This document shows, piece by piece, positions 13,721-27,452 of a stretch of DNA of 64,000 nucleotides (within the stretch, counting starts at the first letter, position 1; each line of letters starts with the position of its first letter). The notes under the pieces are model-generated. The model saw only the letters and a program-made list of their open reading frames with translations. It was not told the origin of the DNA and ran no database searches. Origin of the DNA: Camelus ferus (taxonomy: Eukaryota); assembly GCF_009834535.1 (NCBI RefSeq), contig NC_045697.1, forward strand, positions 79,114,001-79,178,000. The letters are read 5' to 3'. The translations under genes were made by a program, and so were the position numbers.

Positions 13721-15263
13721 CAGCTTCATTTATTCAGTGTATTAACAAAGAAAATCTAGAGTTTAGAAGTTTTTGACTGCAAAATGTACTTACTGTGCAT
13801 AAAGAGAGTGGATTGATGTATACGTTCTTTATAAAGTTTATTCACTTTTGATGGAAGAATATTGCTGTTTTTTGCATAAATACATAGTATTGCTACTATA
13901 TGCTTGCACTTTTTAGGAGAAAATGTATTTTCAATGCTGTGCTTGGTAGAGTCACTATTTCTCCAGGATGCATATGGTCACTCATGCTACCTAAATTACA
14001 TATTTTTCCAGTATTTTTCAATAGACCTTTATCTACTAAAGTTTAAATTTTTTTTAATCTCCTAAGTGTGAGCAGGAATTTTGAGCTATCTAAGCTTGGT
14101 ACTTTAGGCTCCATAATAATTCATTACTAGAATGTCCTAGTAGCCAGGATCATATATGTTAAATAATATGTATATAGAACACTTTGTTATTCTTTCTAAT
14201 AAATAATACTCTTTCACAACCCTGCATTCTGAATCTCCCTTCCGAATCCTATATAGTGTGTTCCACTTATCAGTTAATTGGTGACACATCAAGTGTCACC
14301 TGAGAGTGAACAGAGCTTTATTCTCCTCATCCCCACTGCTGGAGCAGAAAGCCAAGGCCTGCTATGTGTATTGCTTCCCAGGCAATAGAATGGTGGAAAA
14401 ATCCAGATCAAGATCAACCTAGGCATCAAAGCTATATTTCTTCTTTATGTTGCCTTGACAGTTTTTTTTTTTTAAGTTAGAATTATTGATGAGCTTTGCA
14501 GGAACCTGCTAAAATCCAGAACTTGGGCCTTCACATGCATACTAAATTTGAGTTGTTATCATTTCAGCAGTTAAACTTTCAACATTTAACCTTTCATCAA
14601 CTGAATTAGTTAGAAATCTCCTTGCTAGTTTTCCAAAGCACCATAGAATACAGTGACTTTTATCATAAGACCATGGACCTTTTTTGTTATTAGTTTACCC
14701 CATATTATAAGAGGCTAGTTGATGGTTTATTTTTTAATATGAAATTTTTTTAATAGAAGAATGAAAATTCTATATGCAATATATTTATTTATACTATAGT
14801 TGGTTTGAGACAAAATTTAATAAGAATTATTCTTGGGGTTGGAGAGTGGGATATTTAAAAATCTTCAATATTTGAGAATATGTGCGATCTACTGAATGCT
14901 CTGCTCTGGTCTGTCATGATTGCTTCTGTAAAATATTTTCCTGGTTATTACATATGTAATATCAAAAATATTAATGACTATTATTTAATGTATTTTCAGC
15001 TTTAAAAGGCACAAAAGTATATGTGTAAATGCAACATACAAATAAAAGTTAAGAAGAAACAATTACAAAAGGAAAACACACCTTAGATGTTGGTTTGGAA
15101 CGATTAACTTAAATAAATTGGTCTTGTACAAAACTATAATGATAAGGTGAAGTATTTGTTTAATTGTTAAAAGGTGTTTAGTTTGGTTTGCTTTAAGTGA
15201 AATCTTACATAAATACCCAATATATATAAATGATAAAAGCAGCGCTGCTATGATTGATTTTGC

Positions 15264-15602
15264 TGTAGTTCCAAATTCCCGGGGAAGTAGACTCTGGGAA
15301 AAAAATTAGCATGCAGGAAATTTACTAGGGAGTGCTCTAAAGTGAGCACCTGTGAAGGAAGTAAAGGAATTAGAATTGGGCAGTTCAGTACAGTTACAGC
15401 AAGGCCTCTATGGGGTGCTCTCAAACAGGAATGGCCTTAAGGACTGACCTATAGTTGGGATAAGGGAGATCTCTTCAGCCAAAAGTCATTGCCAGAGATG
15501 GCTGACAGCTGGGGGCTGTCACTAGCAGTATTCCAGCAGCTATCACAGTAAATCCTGTGGTTCTGAAGGGAGGATCTGCACAGCACAAAACACCATCCAT
15601 TA
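15264..15602 (-). mobile_element. ERVL LTR16-like
   Basis: ggggaagtagactctggg...gcatgcaggaaatttactagggagtgctct...cacctgtgaaggaag. Confidence 0.6.
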
Positions 15603-16519
15603 TAGACTCAATTCTCACCTCACCCTCCATGATCTCTGAGTCACTTCCATGAACCCCACTCTTCAGAGTACAGAATAAGATGACTAATTCAAATTATAAA
15701 CTCATTGATCAAGATAAATTTAAAATTTTTCTGAACAGAGGTACAGCCTTTAGTCTGTTGTGCTGCCTGCTTCTGTTACGAGATTCAGGTCTTCAGTTAC
15801 GATAAAGTTTTAGTTGACTGAACAGTATGCCCAGAATTCAAAAAAAGGCTTGAAGTTATTACGAACAGGTGAGAAAATGATTCACAGAAAAGCCCATTAC
15901 TTAAAATTAAGAGTAGGAAATCCATGAAATTTTGTATATGTCAACTGCTTACTCAAAATTTATGCTAACTCCCCTGGGGCCTCACAAGACATTAAGGGCA
16001 TGTCTTGGGAGCTGGGTAGGTTCAAGCCTAGATGCAGGTAAGTGCTTTGTGCTCTCTGGCCCCTTCCCCAAGTTTCTAACTAGTTTTAATACTCAAACAT
16101 TGGGAACATGTTTAAAATAAGAATTTCAATGGCAGAGGAGAACTCACTTGTAAAGAAACCATATTCCTCTTGCCCCCAACACACTATTGCAACTGGTTTA
16201 TGACTTGGAGATTAGGCCCTAATCATGGCTTTTTTATTTATTTTTAACACAAAAGGTCTCAGCAGCCAAATTTGGTAATTCAGTAGGCACTTGAAAAGAA
16301 CTTTCTCCAGTCTTGGCCCAGAACATCTTAGGGGCCTCTAGGTATAATATTAGCTGCTATTTTTATCCCTGGAATCTTAGGAGTGAGCAAGATCAAACAA
16401 GACCGTGTCCCCAAGCCAATTACATACTAAAACTATAAGATTGTTTAGGCCTGATTTCCCCCTTTGGTTATAGGAAGATATTAGAACAACCTACAAACTT
16501 TCAGATAAAAATCTCTCTT

Positions 16520-16715
16520 TATGTCAGGCCTGTATCTAAGACTTGGTTCTGCCATTTACTAACTATAAAATTTATATAAGTCATACCCACATCTCTTTAA
16601 ACTCCAAGCTTGTCACCTGTAAAATGGGGTCATTCTACATAAGACTAATAAATTATTGCATATCCTTTCATAGTGCCTTACACAAAGCAAGCTTTCAATA
16701 CATGCTAGTCATTAA
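16520..16715 (+). mobile_element. MIR SINE
   Basis: ggttctgccatttactaactat...cacctgtaaaatgggg. Confidence 0.65.
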
Positions 16716-17330
16716 ATATACACATTCACACATAAGAGAGGACATTCTTCACTATCCAAGGATACATTCAGAGCCATAGAAGCTGATTATTTTATTGCTG
16801 CCAAAAGATAGATAAATACAAAGGAATTCTGTTACAATGCTGATTCACAATTCCTCATAATTGAAATTTTTGTGAATTCTGTTGTTAGTTTCAGCTATTT
16901 GTCATGAATCAAAACGATCATAAAAATAAGGAATGAAGAATCTAAAGAGCTGAATAGAAATGAAATGTGCTCTGTGCAGCCACACCTTCTTTAGTGAGAC
17001 ATTTTCTCCAAACATCTACTTACTACAATACCTATGCATTTTCTGTTGCACTCACCAAAGCATACACAATTCTCCTGTGGATGTGAACAATTTACAAAAT
17101 GAAATCAGCTCTGAAAATACTTTTGTAAGTTTTGCTCCATTGCATAGGCCAAGAGCATTATGTTATGTTTACAGAATCACAAAAAGTATATTGCTTTGAT
17201 TCCAAACTGAAATTTCAGACTAATCTGCTGGTTCATGTTATATTATATTATGTTTTCAATGTGCATTAGAAATGTTTCACCAAGATAAATATAATTGTAC
17301 ACTAGTACTCTCACATAAAAAATCCAGGAT

Positions 17331-17470
17331 GGGGGGGACAGTATAGCTCAGTGTTAGAGCTTGTGCTTAGCATGCAGGAGGTCCTGGGTTTAATCCCCAG
17401 TACCTCCATTAAGTAATAAGTAAATGGATAAATAAACCTAACTACCTTCACACCCAAAAAAAATTTTTTT
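17331..17470 (+). mobile_element. tRNA-derived SINE (camelid Vic-1-like)
   Basis: gggggggacagtatagctcagtgttagagc (A box) ... ggaggtcctgggtttaatccccagtacctcca (B box), followed by an A-rich tail. Imperfect TSD aatccagga (17321-17329) / aagccagga (17471-17479). Confidence 0.85.
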
Positions 17471-18729
17471 AAGCCAGGACATGCCAGTATACATGGATAC
17501 ATTCTATACCCAAGTAGGTAGTATAACCCAGTAAAGATTATTAATATATAGTATTTAAAAGAGTATAATTAATTTGTTCATAAAGTCTTATCTTTTCAGT
17601 CTGCAAACACATGCTAAAAGCATATTATGATCTTAATTAATCTTTATTTTAGCAAGTCTTCAATTTTATTGCTTCATCCTGTGTTTCTCTCTCATATTTT
17701 CTTTTCTTTCAATTCTCCCTACCTGAAAAGTGAAAGTTTCTCAAATCAGATGTTTGTGGATATGAATGTTTTATAATAAACTATGGCATATCTTTAGTGC
17801 CATCTCCTAGTGCATTTCAAAACTGGTTCTCCCACATTTTCCTTAACTGTTAGCTTATGCTTTCAGATGTTTTTGTAAGATGCTCAGATAGAGCTAATGT
17901 TGGCAAAATACGGCTCTCCTCAGGCATTTCTTCCTTTTTCAAGTTGTAAAGAACATTTCTTGAGAGGTCTGTGCCAAGATCCTGATCATCACAATCTCCT
18001 CCCTCTGTAATGGAAAGATACTGTGCTCTTCCTTTCCTTATCATATCACTGACACCCAAGTCGATAACAAAGGATTTTTGCCACCAACCTGGCTTGCAAA
18101 AGACCTAGGCTAACAAAGAGGACATTATTTTTCTAATGCAAAAGGATTTAGACACAAAAGGACCTGAACTTTAATACTCGTTTTAAATTGCAGGTGCTTT
18201 ACTGATATCATTCACCAGTGCTTGGAGCTACTGCTTCATCTCCGCCAAACCAAGACGAACTGCTGCTAAAACTACCTCTTCATCAAATGAGTCACATGTC
18301 TTCATCAGTGCCTGTGAGAAATGGTCATACCAGGATAAATGGTTCTAGTGAATCCTCGAAGTATATCTGAACTTCATATTTCATATCTCCATTGCCATCT
18401 TGTCTAAGAGCACGGCTGTTCCTCCACCTGCCTGGCTCTTCTATTTTCTCTAATGTTTACCTCACTTCCAATTCTGTGCAAGTCTTTGTTCCTCATAGAA
18501 CTGTGTTTTTCAATGCAATTTAATCTTCAGAGAAAGCCCAGAGAATGGACAGTGATTTTTTTAATAGATTTGGCACATATAATCACAGCAAGACTGAAAT
18601 GAAATGTGCTGTAAGACACCATCTGCTGCCAACTTTTTTCTTTACACAGCAAGGAACATCAGTATAAATTCATGTTTAGCTTAAATAAATAAGAAATAAG
18701 CATAGATATGAGTTTATACAAGGGATTAG

Positions 18730-19277
18730 TGTTGAAAGAGTTCAAGACATGCCACCTCAAAATATACCACTTTGGTACATTGATTATTTTGAGCCCAAGG
18801 AACTTGAATAACAGCAAATACAGGGAGAGGCTTTCTTTGAATGCCCCTTATCTGCCTAAAGACAGATTCTTTAAAAGGAACTCAGTTTTCATAAATCCTC
18901 TCACCAGGAGTTTCATCAACCAGGCAACACTGACTCCTATTACAGGAGAGGAGACTAGTGGACACCAAAGCCAGACTTTGTCACAAACCATCGTGCCTCC
19001 CATCTATTCTTCTAAGGGCCCATTCATCCTTCTTAAAAATCATTTCCTAAATTACCTACATCCCCACTCCCCTTCCCCTATTAATATGGTATATAAGTTC
19101 TCAATCTCACTGATTTGGGGGGAGGGGTTCATTTTTTTCTGTGATGCTCCCATGCGTGAAATATCAAAATTTAATGAATCTGTATACCTTTTCTCCTGTT
19201 AATCTGCCTGTCAATTTATTTCATACACCCAGCTATTGACCCTACGAGGACAGAGGAAAAGACTTTGCTCCCTTGCA
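18730..19277 (+). mobile_element. Solo ERV1 LTR (MER34-like)
   Basis: TG...CA termini; gacatgccacctcaaaatataccactttggtacattgattattttgagc; imperfect 4-bp TSD ttag/gtag. Confidence 0.75.
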
Positions 19278-19289
19278 GTAGACACTCAT

Positions 19290-20410
19290 GTATTTCCAAA
19301 CTGAGAGCACCTAGAAGTAACACAACCCAGTGGTAATCAGTACACCAGCACCCAGATCTTTGTTTCTAATACTATCTTCTACTAAAAGGAACCCAGCCTT
19401 CCTGGAGAAATGGCTGCTTCTAGGGCTGAGCAGTGAATAGACAGGATGAGCCTGGGATATCCTGTAGTGTCAGAAATTAAGGAAGTGCTAAATCAACCTC
19501 TCTCTCTTCCCCCCCCCCCCCACACACACACTCACATACACATACATACAGAAGTGGTACAAAAAGCAATTGAAAGCATTTCCAATGACCAAGGCTTGAC
19601 CAATTTGAGCAAGAAAATATATGAAGTAGTATTTTACACCCAAAGTATAAAATAAATATCCATGAGTTCATCCTGATATAAATACATGATTATATAAATA
19701 AATTAATGAGAAGGGACAAACCTGTCCAGAAGAATTCCAAATAATTTATGTAGATACTGCCCCCTCAAGAAGGTGGAGCATAACTCCTCACCCCTTAAGT
19801 ATGGGCTTTTACTTTCCAAAGAGTACTGTGTGGAACAGAATAGGGGGAGTTACTTTTTAGTGGAGCCAGGTTATCAAGCTTAATACTATCAGTGATAAAC
19901 CAGCACGTACCTTTTGATAGGATATGATGAGAATGTAACTTCACATCTGTGTTCTTCCTCTGAAGGAACCATATCTCCACGCCAATCATGGGGAAAACAT
20001 CTGACAGATCTAATTTCAGGATCATTCTACAAAATAGCTGACTGGTATTTCTCACAACTGTCAAGGTCATCAAGAACTAAGGAAATTCTAAGAAACTGTT
20101 CCAGACAAGCAGAGACTAAGGGAACATTATGATTAAATGTACTGTGGTGTCCTAGAAAGGGTTCTGGAACAGAAAAAGGACAGGAGGGGAAACTAAGGAA
20201 TTATGAATGAAACATGGACTTAAATTAATAATAATGTATCAATATTGGTTCACTAGTTGTGACAAATGTACTGTACTGTAACTACAAATGTAAGATGTTA
20301 ATAGGAGAAACCAACTGCTGGACATACAGGAACCCTAGGTACAATCTTTGCAACTTTTGCATAAATCTAAAACTACTCTAAAATCAAAAGTTTATTTTAA
20401 AAAGAAGAAA
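19290..20410 (+). mobile_element. L1 (L1MC-type) 3' UTR, with (C)n/(CA)n tract at about 19509-19550
   Basis: aaaaggaacccagccttcctggagaaatggctg...aatgtatcaatattggttcactagttgtgacaaatgtac...ctttgcaactttt...ctaaaatcaaaagttt. Confidence 0.8.
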
Positions 20411-23284
20411 TTTAACAAATTCCACATGAATCTGTCATCATGTCAGTAACTATGGATTATTCCCTTTACTATAAACGTAGTTTGTCACCAGACGACATGA
20501 GTGTCTAATAATTTCTGTTCTTTTCATCCCCTTCTTTTTATACATTATCTTATAATAGCAATGTAAAGTTCATATTAATCCACTCTTCTTCATGAAATTA
20601 TTGATTTGTAGCTTTCCATGTGAGCATTTGATTAATGTTTAATAAACTTCCAGAGGAGGGGGAAAGACTAAGAATCTAAATGTCCTACTACAGAGCAATT
20701 AGCTCATACCCAAGGGAGTTTTTGGGTTTGACATATACTTGCGTACTTCTAGAGGTTTCCTCTGCATAGGGAATGTGCTTTCAGATTGCCCTTGAAACAG
20801 ACACGCTGTGACTGCAGCAGGAAGTCTGCTGGCTCAGAGGTCCTGAAGAGCCTCACGACACTGTTGGGTATTCTGACCTGCTCAGGATACACCAAACTGG
20901 AACACCATCTCCTGTCCCCACCTACTCCCAAAGAACAGTCTTAATCTCAGAGACTACCCATAGGAGAGTTCCTACGCTGGAAATATCTTTAAAAGTCTTT
21001 CCAGGGTGGCCTCCCAGGTTCATATCAATTGGCCCTGTAGGATCCTGGAGAGGAGACATGCAGGGATAGATCCTGCAGCCTGGCAACCTCCTTTTGCACT
21101 CATGCCTACCCACGGGGGCATCCTCAATTTGTCTGCATATCACTAAGAGGCCCTCTCAGGGGAGGATAACAGGTGGCTGGGTACTCTCTGTGGTGTAAGG
21201 CTTTACCAGGTTTGATAACTGCTTCTGTCAGCAACACCTGTTTTCTTCTCATTAAGAGATCTTCTGCTTTATGAGAATTTGAAATTATTTCAGCTTGAAT
21301 ATCTTCAGTATACTGGCTATCATTTCTGAAAGTCAGCTATGCTAGCCATCCAATGGTAATTTTGAAGACTGTACATTGAACAGGTGACATAACAGAGAAA
21401 AAAGAATTTCACTTGTAATCTCCTCGCCTCCTGCCCTCTAGGAATCAAGCTGTGCTTTGGTTTTCCTGTTTGCAAATATTAATTTAATCTAAGTCTAAAG
21501 GGATAAACTATCAGATAAGGTTTAAAAAACATCTTGACTTTGGTTAAATATTAAATTTAAATTAATTGGGTTAAATTTGTGTATGAAATATATTCATTAT
21601 GAATATTTAATACATTAATTTAAATTTTACATACACTTTCCAGAAGCTATAGTAAAGTGTTAACAGTGGTGATCTCTGCGTGGTGGACATGTTTTTATTT
21701 AATTAATTTTGCTTAATTTATTTTCTACAATGCAGTTCATGTACACTAATAATAAAAGGTTATTGTTTTTAATCTACGCTAATTTATGCATTCAGTACAT
21801 TACATTTCTTTACCTTCTATCCACTCTCTGCCTGGCAGAAAAGTGAATTTTTTAAGGATAGTCTATTTAACAAAATAGAGAAGCTTCAAAAATATATACC
21901 AAGAAGGTTAATAAACTGAGTTTCTATTCATAAATAAAATACTTCTCAAAGTTTTCCATGAGGTATTGGCCTTCAAGATGGAAATTTCCAAACTGTTTCT
22001 TGCTACTATAAAAATTGCATGAGTGGTCAGGCTTGAACACAAGTGGGGAAACTTGGTGATGCCTAGATGACAAAAAGGATAATAAGGCCCAGATACTAAG
22101 CTGTTTTCTTTCCACTGCACGTGGTCTATGGGGGCCCAAAGTGCTCCAAAGGCAATGTCATAATTGCTTGTTGGGAAAATGAGCTTAATGTCACAGAAAG
22201 GTCAGTTGTAACACTGAAAATCATTTGAACTGAGAACTTCTTATCAGAAGGTTATAGGTACCTTTGAACCTAATTTTTATACAGTTATTTTGCTCAATTG
22301 TTTGCATACCCAGGACCAGTAATGAAAGTTTAAATTCCGGAATCCCTGAAAACATTTTTCAAGAAGTTTCCTACCTCTGCTGCTCATGCTATATCAAAAT
22401 GCCAGGAAATAAAGGAATAATTCCAAACAAGGCCAAGACAAGTCCCTTCTGAAGCTCACTTGGGTCATCTCATGGAGCAGTCCTGTTTTCTCCCTCAAGT
22501 TGGCAATAAAGCCTATTTTAAGCTAACTAATCAAATAAACAGCAAGTCCAAAATTCTTATTTATTAAATCTTAATTCTCCCCTTTGTGATAAATCAAAGT
22601 TTCTTACAGATCTGCTCCACCAGGCTTTGCCAAATTCTGGATAGCCTGGGAATTAGGTGTAATAGCTGACACTAAATAACTTGGCCCAGTTCTCAAGTGA
22701 TTTGATCAAATCTGAAGTTTAAGTGTCTATCCACCAAGCCTATGACTGCTTTTTTCATTTTCTTTCATGTGAACTTGTGGGGAACTTATTTAAACACTGC
22801 AAAAGTGAAAAAAAAAAAAAAGCAAGTTCACATACAGAGTTTTAGAAGATTTTCTTACTTTTTTCAGTATTTCCTCAAAACAATGGTCAAGGCAAAAATT
22901 TCTCATCTATATGTTATACAGACATTTGCATAGGGAAGAGAACCCTTTGAAAGCCATTTGTACCTTCACTTGGCATTTGCTTTCTATACTGAAATTTGGG
23001 GGTTTCACTTCATTTAGGTTTTTTGGAAAGATTTTGGAAGTCTGCTTTTCCTATTGAATCACTCAATCTACAAACATTTATTAAACACCTACAATATGCA
23101 GAGCAATGCATTACATGTAAGAAATGAAAATTATAAAGCCTGGTACTTCCTATTACAGAGTTTATAATCTAGTTTGAAGAAGTCAAGAATAAATGTGAAA
23201 TTTTTAATAGTAACAAGAAGAGATAAAAATGGGTTATAAGTCCAATCCTGTGGTTGAATATGATGATGTTAGAATACTATTAGG

Positions 23285-23880
23285 TGGGGGACAAGCATCA
23301 GCAAAATCATGGCATAGGAATTTCTAGTGCTTCCCCACCCACCCATCCACCCAAAAAAACCCATCAAATTGAACAATTATCCATGCTGGAAAATACCTTC
23401 ACAAGAGCCAAGGATTCCAGGTGAGGGATTACAGCACCTGAACCACATAAAAAGGAAAAGATGCACTGAAGAGGGTAGGAAAGATAGATTCAGGCTGTTC
23501 CTATCACTCCTCCCCCATGCTGGGGTACCCAAGAGAGAAGCATCTTCCCTATGGGAGAAGAGGAAGGGATCAGCAGACTTTACCACAGACCCCAGTGCTA
23601 GCCTGCCCAAGCACCGGGCTGACTCCTACGACCCTAGGTGGCTCCCTGTGGGCTCCTGAATACCCAGGCCCCTGACTCACCCCAGTGCCAGCCAGCTCCC
23701 AAGCCCCAAGCTCCTAATCAGCCCCCGTGAACTCAGACTCTTAACCGTGTCCGGGGCCAGGCCAACTACCGAAGACTCAGGCTTTCAACCTAATCCAACA
23801 ATGGGCTGGCTCCCACAGCCCCAGGCCCCCAACCCACTCCAGCACCAAGCTATACTTTGCAGACCTAGACTCCAGACTGA
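23285..23880 (+). mobile_element. Probable old L1 5'-end fragment with degenerate GC-rich internal repeats
   Basis: Repeated ccagtgc(c/t)ag / ccaggcccc / ccagact units, C-rich. Confidence 0.45.
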
Positions 23881-24094
23881 CTCCCTCCACTAGGAATTGC
23901 TCCTCACCCTCCTTGAAGTCACTGTTAGTTTCTTCCCCTACTATTAGAAATTATAGGTTTAGCTGCTCTCCTATGTACTTCTGGAACCAAGAAACATTGC
24001 TCTCCTTGTCTGGACTGGAGATGCAGGGTGCAAGATTCCTTCATCCAGTTTTTATGTGAGCCCAGAACCACTCATATTCAGAGAACTGCACAAA

Positions 24095-24270
24095 TCAGGG
24101 TAAAGCATGGACTCTAGAACAAAATAGACCTGGGTCTAAATCTAAACTTCCTTAGCTCCTAATTTCTGATCTCTTAACTTTCTCAATTGTACCTTGTCGA
24201 GCTGTTCTGAGGACTAGAGAAAATGAGTCTTGTTTCTTGTAAATACCCAATAGCAGAAAGTTATTATTTT
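24095..24270 (+). mobile_element. MIR SINE
   Basis: aaagcatggactctagaac...agacctgggtctaaatc...gctgttctgaggactagag. Confidence 0.65.
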
Positions 24271-25257
24271 CTCAGTCCTTGACTTATTTGCTTATGTCTA
24301 TACTACCAGAATGTGACTAGATTTGATGTTCACTAGCTCCTTACAGCTCAGTGGGACACAGCCGTGATTCCCTACCAACCAGTCCTGAACTGAGTCTGTC
24401 AGGGAGACACATTAAGAGCAAATCCTCCCACTTGAGAGCCACAGATAGATAGAAAGCCAATGGGTCAGTATTACTTGAGCTACATGCTACCGAGTCAACA
24501 AAGTAGAACAACAAAGAAACACAATGAACAGGAATTTGTCTTCAGTGCTTGTCTGCCAGTCCCCTACTTTAATTTAGTCTTTTGCTTCACTTTGGCATTG
24601 GTCAACCTCTCTCTCCCCAGGGATCTTTCTTTCTCATTCTATCAATCTTTTTGAACTAAAATCATGGCCTTACAAGTTGAGAGCAACACTGAAGACTAAG
24701 TCCAGCAGTGTCATTTTAGAAGTGAGAAAACTATGGCTCAGATTAGTGATTTGCCCAGCTTCTTTGCTCCAGATTTGGGATAACCATCCAGGACTCAAGG
24801 CTTCTGGTCACATGCTTGTTCCATGCTTCCCTGTTGCCTTAATATTACAACTAAGGTAAAATCACCAAAGAAAAATATCTACAATTCAATGGTATGCTCT
24901 GGGACTTCATTTAATTTTTTTATTTTTTAACGTACATGATAAAGATTAATGACATATTAGGTATGATTGTCTTCATGAATTTTAATTAAGAAAATATTCT
25001 GTTAATAAGACTACCAATGTGAAAATTTTTAAATTGCAATAAGTATTTAAATCATGTGTGGGGAGGGGGTTAAGTCCAGAGAGCAAATATCTAGTAATTT
25101 ACTTAAGAAATTACATTTTCTCTGACACCATCACAGATGATCAGATTATTACAGAACTAATCTACAAGTAAGGGAAATAGTACAATGAGAGAATTAATTT
25201 TGTGTGTAAAATTCCTTCTCTTATGAAAAGGAGGTTGAAATAGTCAATGGTGAAACG

Positions 25258-25340
25258 AAAGAAGGAAGGAATGGAGGGAGGGAGAGTGGGTGGGAGGGAG
25301 GGAAGAAGAAAGAGGGAAAGAAAGAAAGGGAGAAAAAAGT
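25258..25340 (+). repeat. Polypurine (GGAA/GGGA)n low-complexity tract
   Basis: gaaggaaggaatggagggagggagagtgggtgggagggagggaagaagaaagagggaaag. Confidence 0.85.
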
Positions 25341-26447
25341 AGTACAAAATATTTATTTCAGAAAGGGTTTAACTCTATGTCAGAAAGATTTCAGTGAAAT
25401 ATCAGCAACAAATTCCAGAGAGCCAAATTTATTATCAATTCAAGTCAAAAACCAGTTTCTCTGTATATTTGTAGGATACATGATACTGAGAGTTAAATAG
25501 TTAAACGTTATGCCCCTAGAAAGTATTCATAGTATTTCATAGTCAGGATAACGATGTCCACGCTTCTGCCCAGTGGAGAAATCCATTATTAGCTAAGGCT
25601 CAATTAGGAAATTACTTTTATCACCAAAAGGAACAGAATTTAAAGTGCCTTCTCCAATCCCTACAGAGGTCTAATTTAGAGTACTCAAAACAAGTTTAAG
25701 GGAACCATGAGAGGTAAACCTCTGTTTGTGTAAATACTAAATACATTCTACAGAGCATATCGTCGAAGTATACTTTCTTAGGAATACCATTTATAAAAGC
25801 TCAATACTTAAAGTGAATTTGCAACATACACAGAGACTAATAATTCTGCAAAATAATAGGCAAAGAACAGAATCAACAGGAGTGGAACAAACAAAAGAAA
25901 AAGGAACCATATTGGACTCATCATCTTAAAACATCCATGATTTACAATTTTCACCAAAAAATACTGTAAAGAGGAGTTTAAAACGTGTGTGTGTCACATC
26001 TCTGAAAGATTACACCAGACACTGACAACAGAGGTTGCTTCAGAATAGGAAAACTGGGACATGGAAGAGAAAGACTTAACATTTCACTGTGTTCCCTTTT
26101 GAACCTTTTAATTTTGTTCCAGGTGTATATATTAACTAGTTTTTTTTTAAGTAAATAATTTTTAAATGCGTATGTATAACATCCAAAAGGATTCGTGTTA
26201 ACAGTGGTTATCTCTGAAAAATACTGTTTTCTTTCCTCTTTTGTATTTTAGAGTTTTCAAATTTTCTACAATAAATGTGTACTAACCTTATAATCACAAA
26301 AATATGTATTTTTAAATTTCTTTTAAAACATGAAATAGCAAGTAACCAATGTATCAAGGTAAATAAAATTAATAGCATCAATATTCCTACTGTATAATAT
26401 TAGTAACTGTTGCATATAATTTCACTTAAGTCAAAGGTTCAGAAGAC

Positions 26448-26600
26448 TAATGGGTAGAGAGTTTCCTTTGGAGGTGATGAAAATATTCTGGAATTAGATA
26501 GTGTGATGGTTGCACAATCTTATGAATATGCTAGAAACTATTGAATTGTCACTTTAAATGGCAGGATTTTATGGTATGTGAATTACATCTTAATAATTTT
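26448..26600 (+). mobile_element. L1MB-type 3' end
   Basis: gtttcctttggaggtgatgaaaatattctggaattagatagtgtgatggttgcacaa...tgtgaattacatcttaataa. Confidence 0.8.
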
Positions 26601-27452
26601 TTTTAAATTTCATAATGAGCTGCATATTCAAGGTCAGAGTATCATCCTGGTCAAGTTTATTAAGCCACAGGCATTAAGAATCATGTTGGCTGATTCTTTG
26701 GGAGACCATGGTGTTAGTATTACTTATTAAATATAATGTTAAAACCAATGAAATACAGACCATATTTTAAAACTCTTCAGGGCTACACTAGTTCTTAAAT
26801 TTTACTTTGGAACCTGTCACCAAAAGAAAGGTAATATGACACACAAATAAAAGTAAATATGCTTTTTTCACAGACTTGCATTATAACTGCATAGTGGTTC
26901 TGGTAATTTTTACAGCTCCTCTCACCAAGTACAGTGAAAATTGACAACAATGTGGTCTCAAACATCAAATTGGACTCATTATAGCAAGTGTTCGGCAGCA
27001 TACATGAATAGGACCATAATCTGACTTCTAATACCCTTCAATACATTCCTTCTAAATTTTACACACAGATTATTCAATCGTAATCTCATAGTATCTTAAT
27101 TACTGTAAACAACTTTATTAAGACTAATTTTAAAGTAAGAATCCCTTTTTAATGTTGAGAGTATACTGTAGTTATTAAATTTCTATGTATTATTGAAACA
27201 TATTTCAATGAGAACGTCTAAATTCTCTTGTTTTTTCTCCTGAGTTATTTGGTTATTTGTTAATAAAATAAGCTAAGAGGACAATAAAAATTGGTGAGTA
27301 ACAGTTCTTGACCCCCTCATTTCCCTCTTCTTTCTCTACATACATGAAGTTCTCACAGTTTTATTTTAAAGTGTTAGTGTTAATTAAAACAGTTTTATTT
27401 AGCATTTCATTGGGAAATCTTTTATGCCAATAAAATCGAGTTAATCTTACAA

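Noticed and set aside
14280..14300. Hairpin GGTGACAC-atcaa-GTGTCACC
   Set aside because: An 8-bp stem is plausible by chance in 64 kb; no supporting context.
17331..17410. Possible tRNA gene
   Set aside because: Imperfect stems and an altered T-loop (GGTTTAATCC), plus a SINE tail and TSD: a SINE, not a tRNA.
18708..19202. Longest ORF in the track (164 aa, +)
   Set aside because: Lies almost entirely within a solo ERV1 LTR; no recognisable protein or splice context.
25350..25460. Possible extra minus-strand exon (IDNKFGSLEFVADISLKSF*HRVKPFLK)
   Set aside because: Weak acceptor and no convincing donor; left out of the model.
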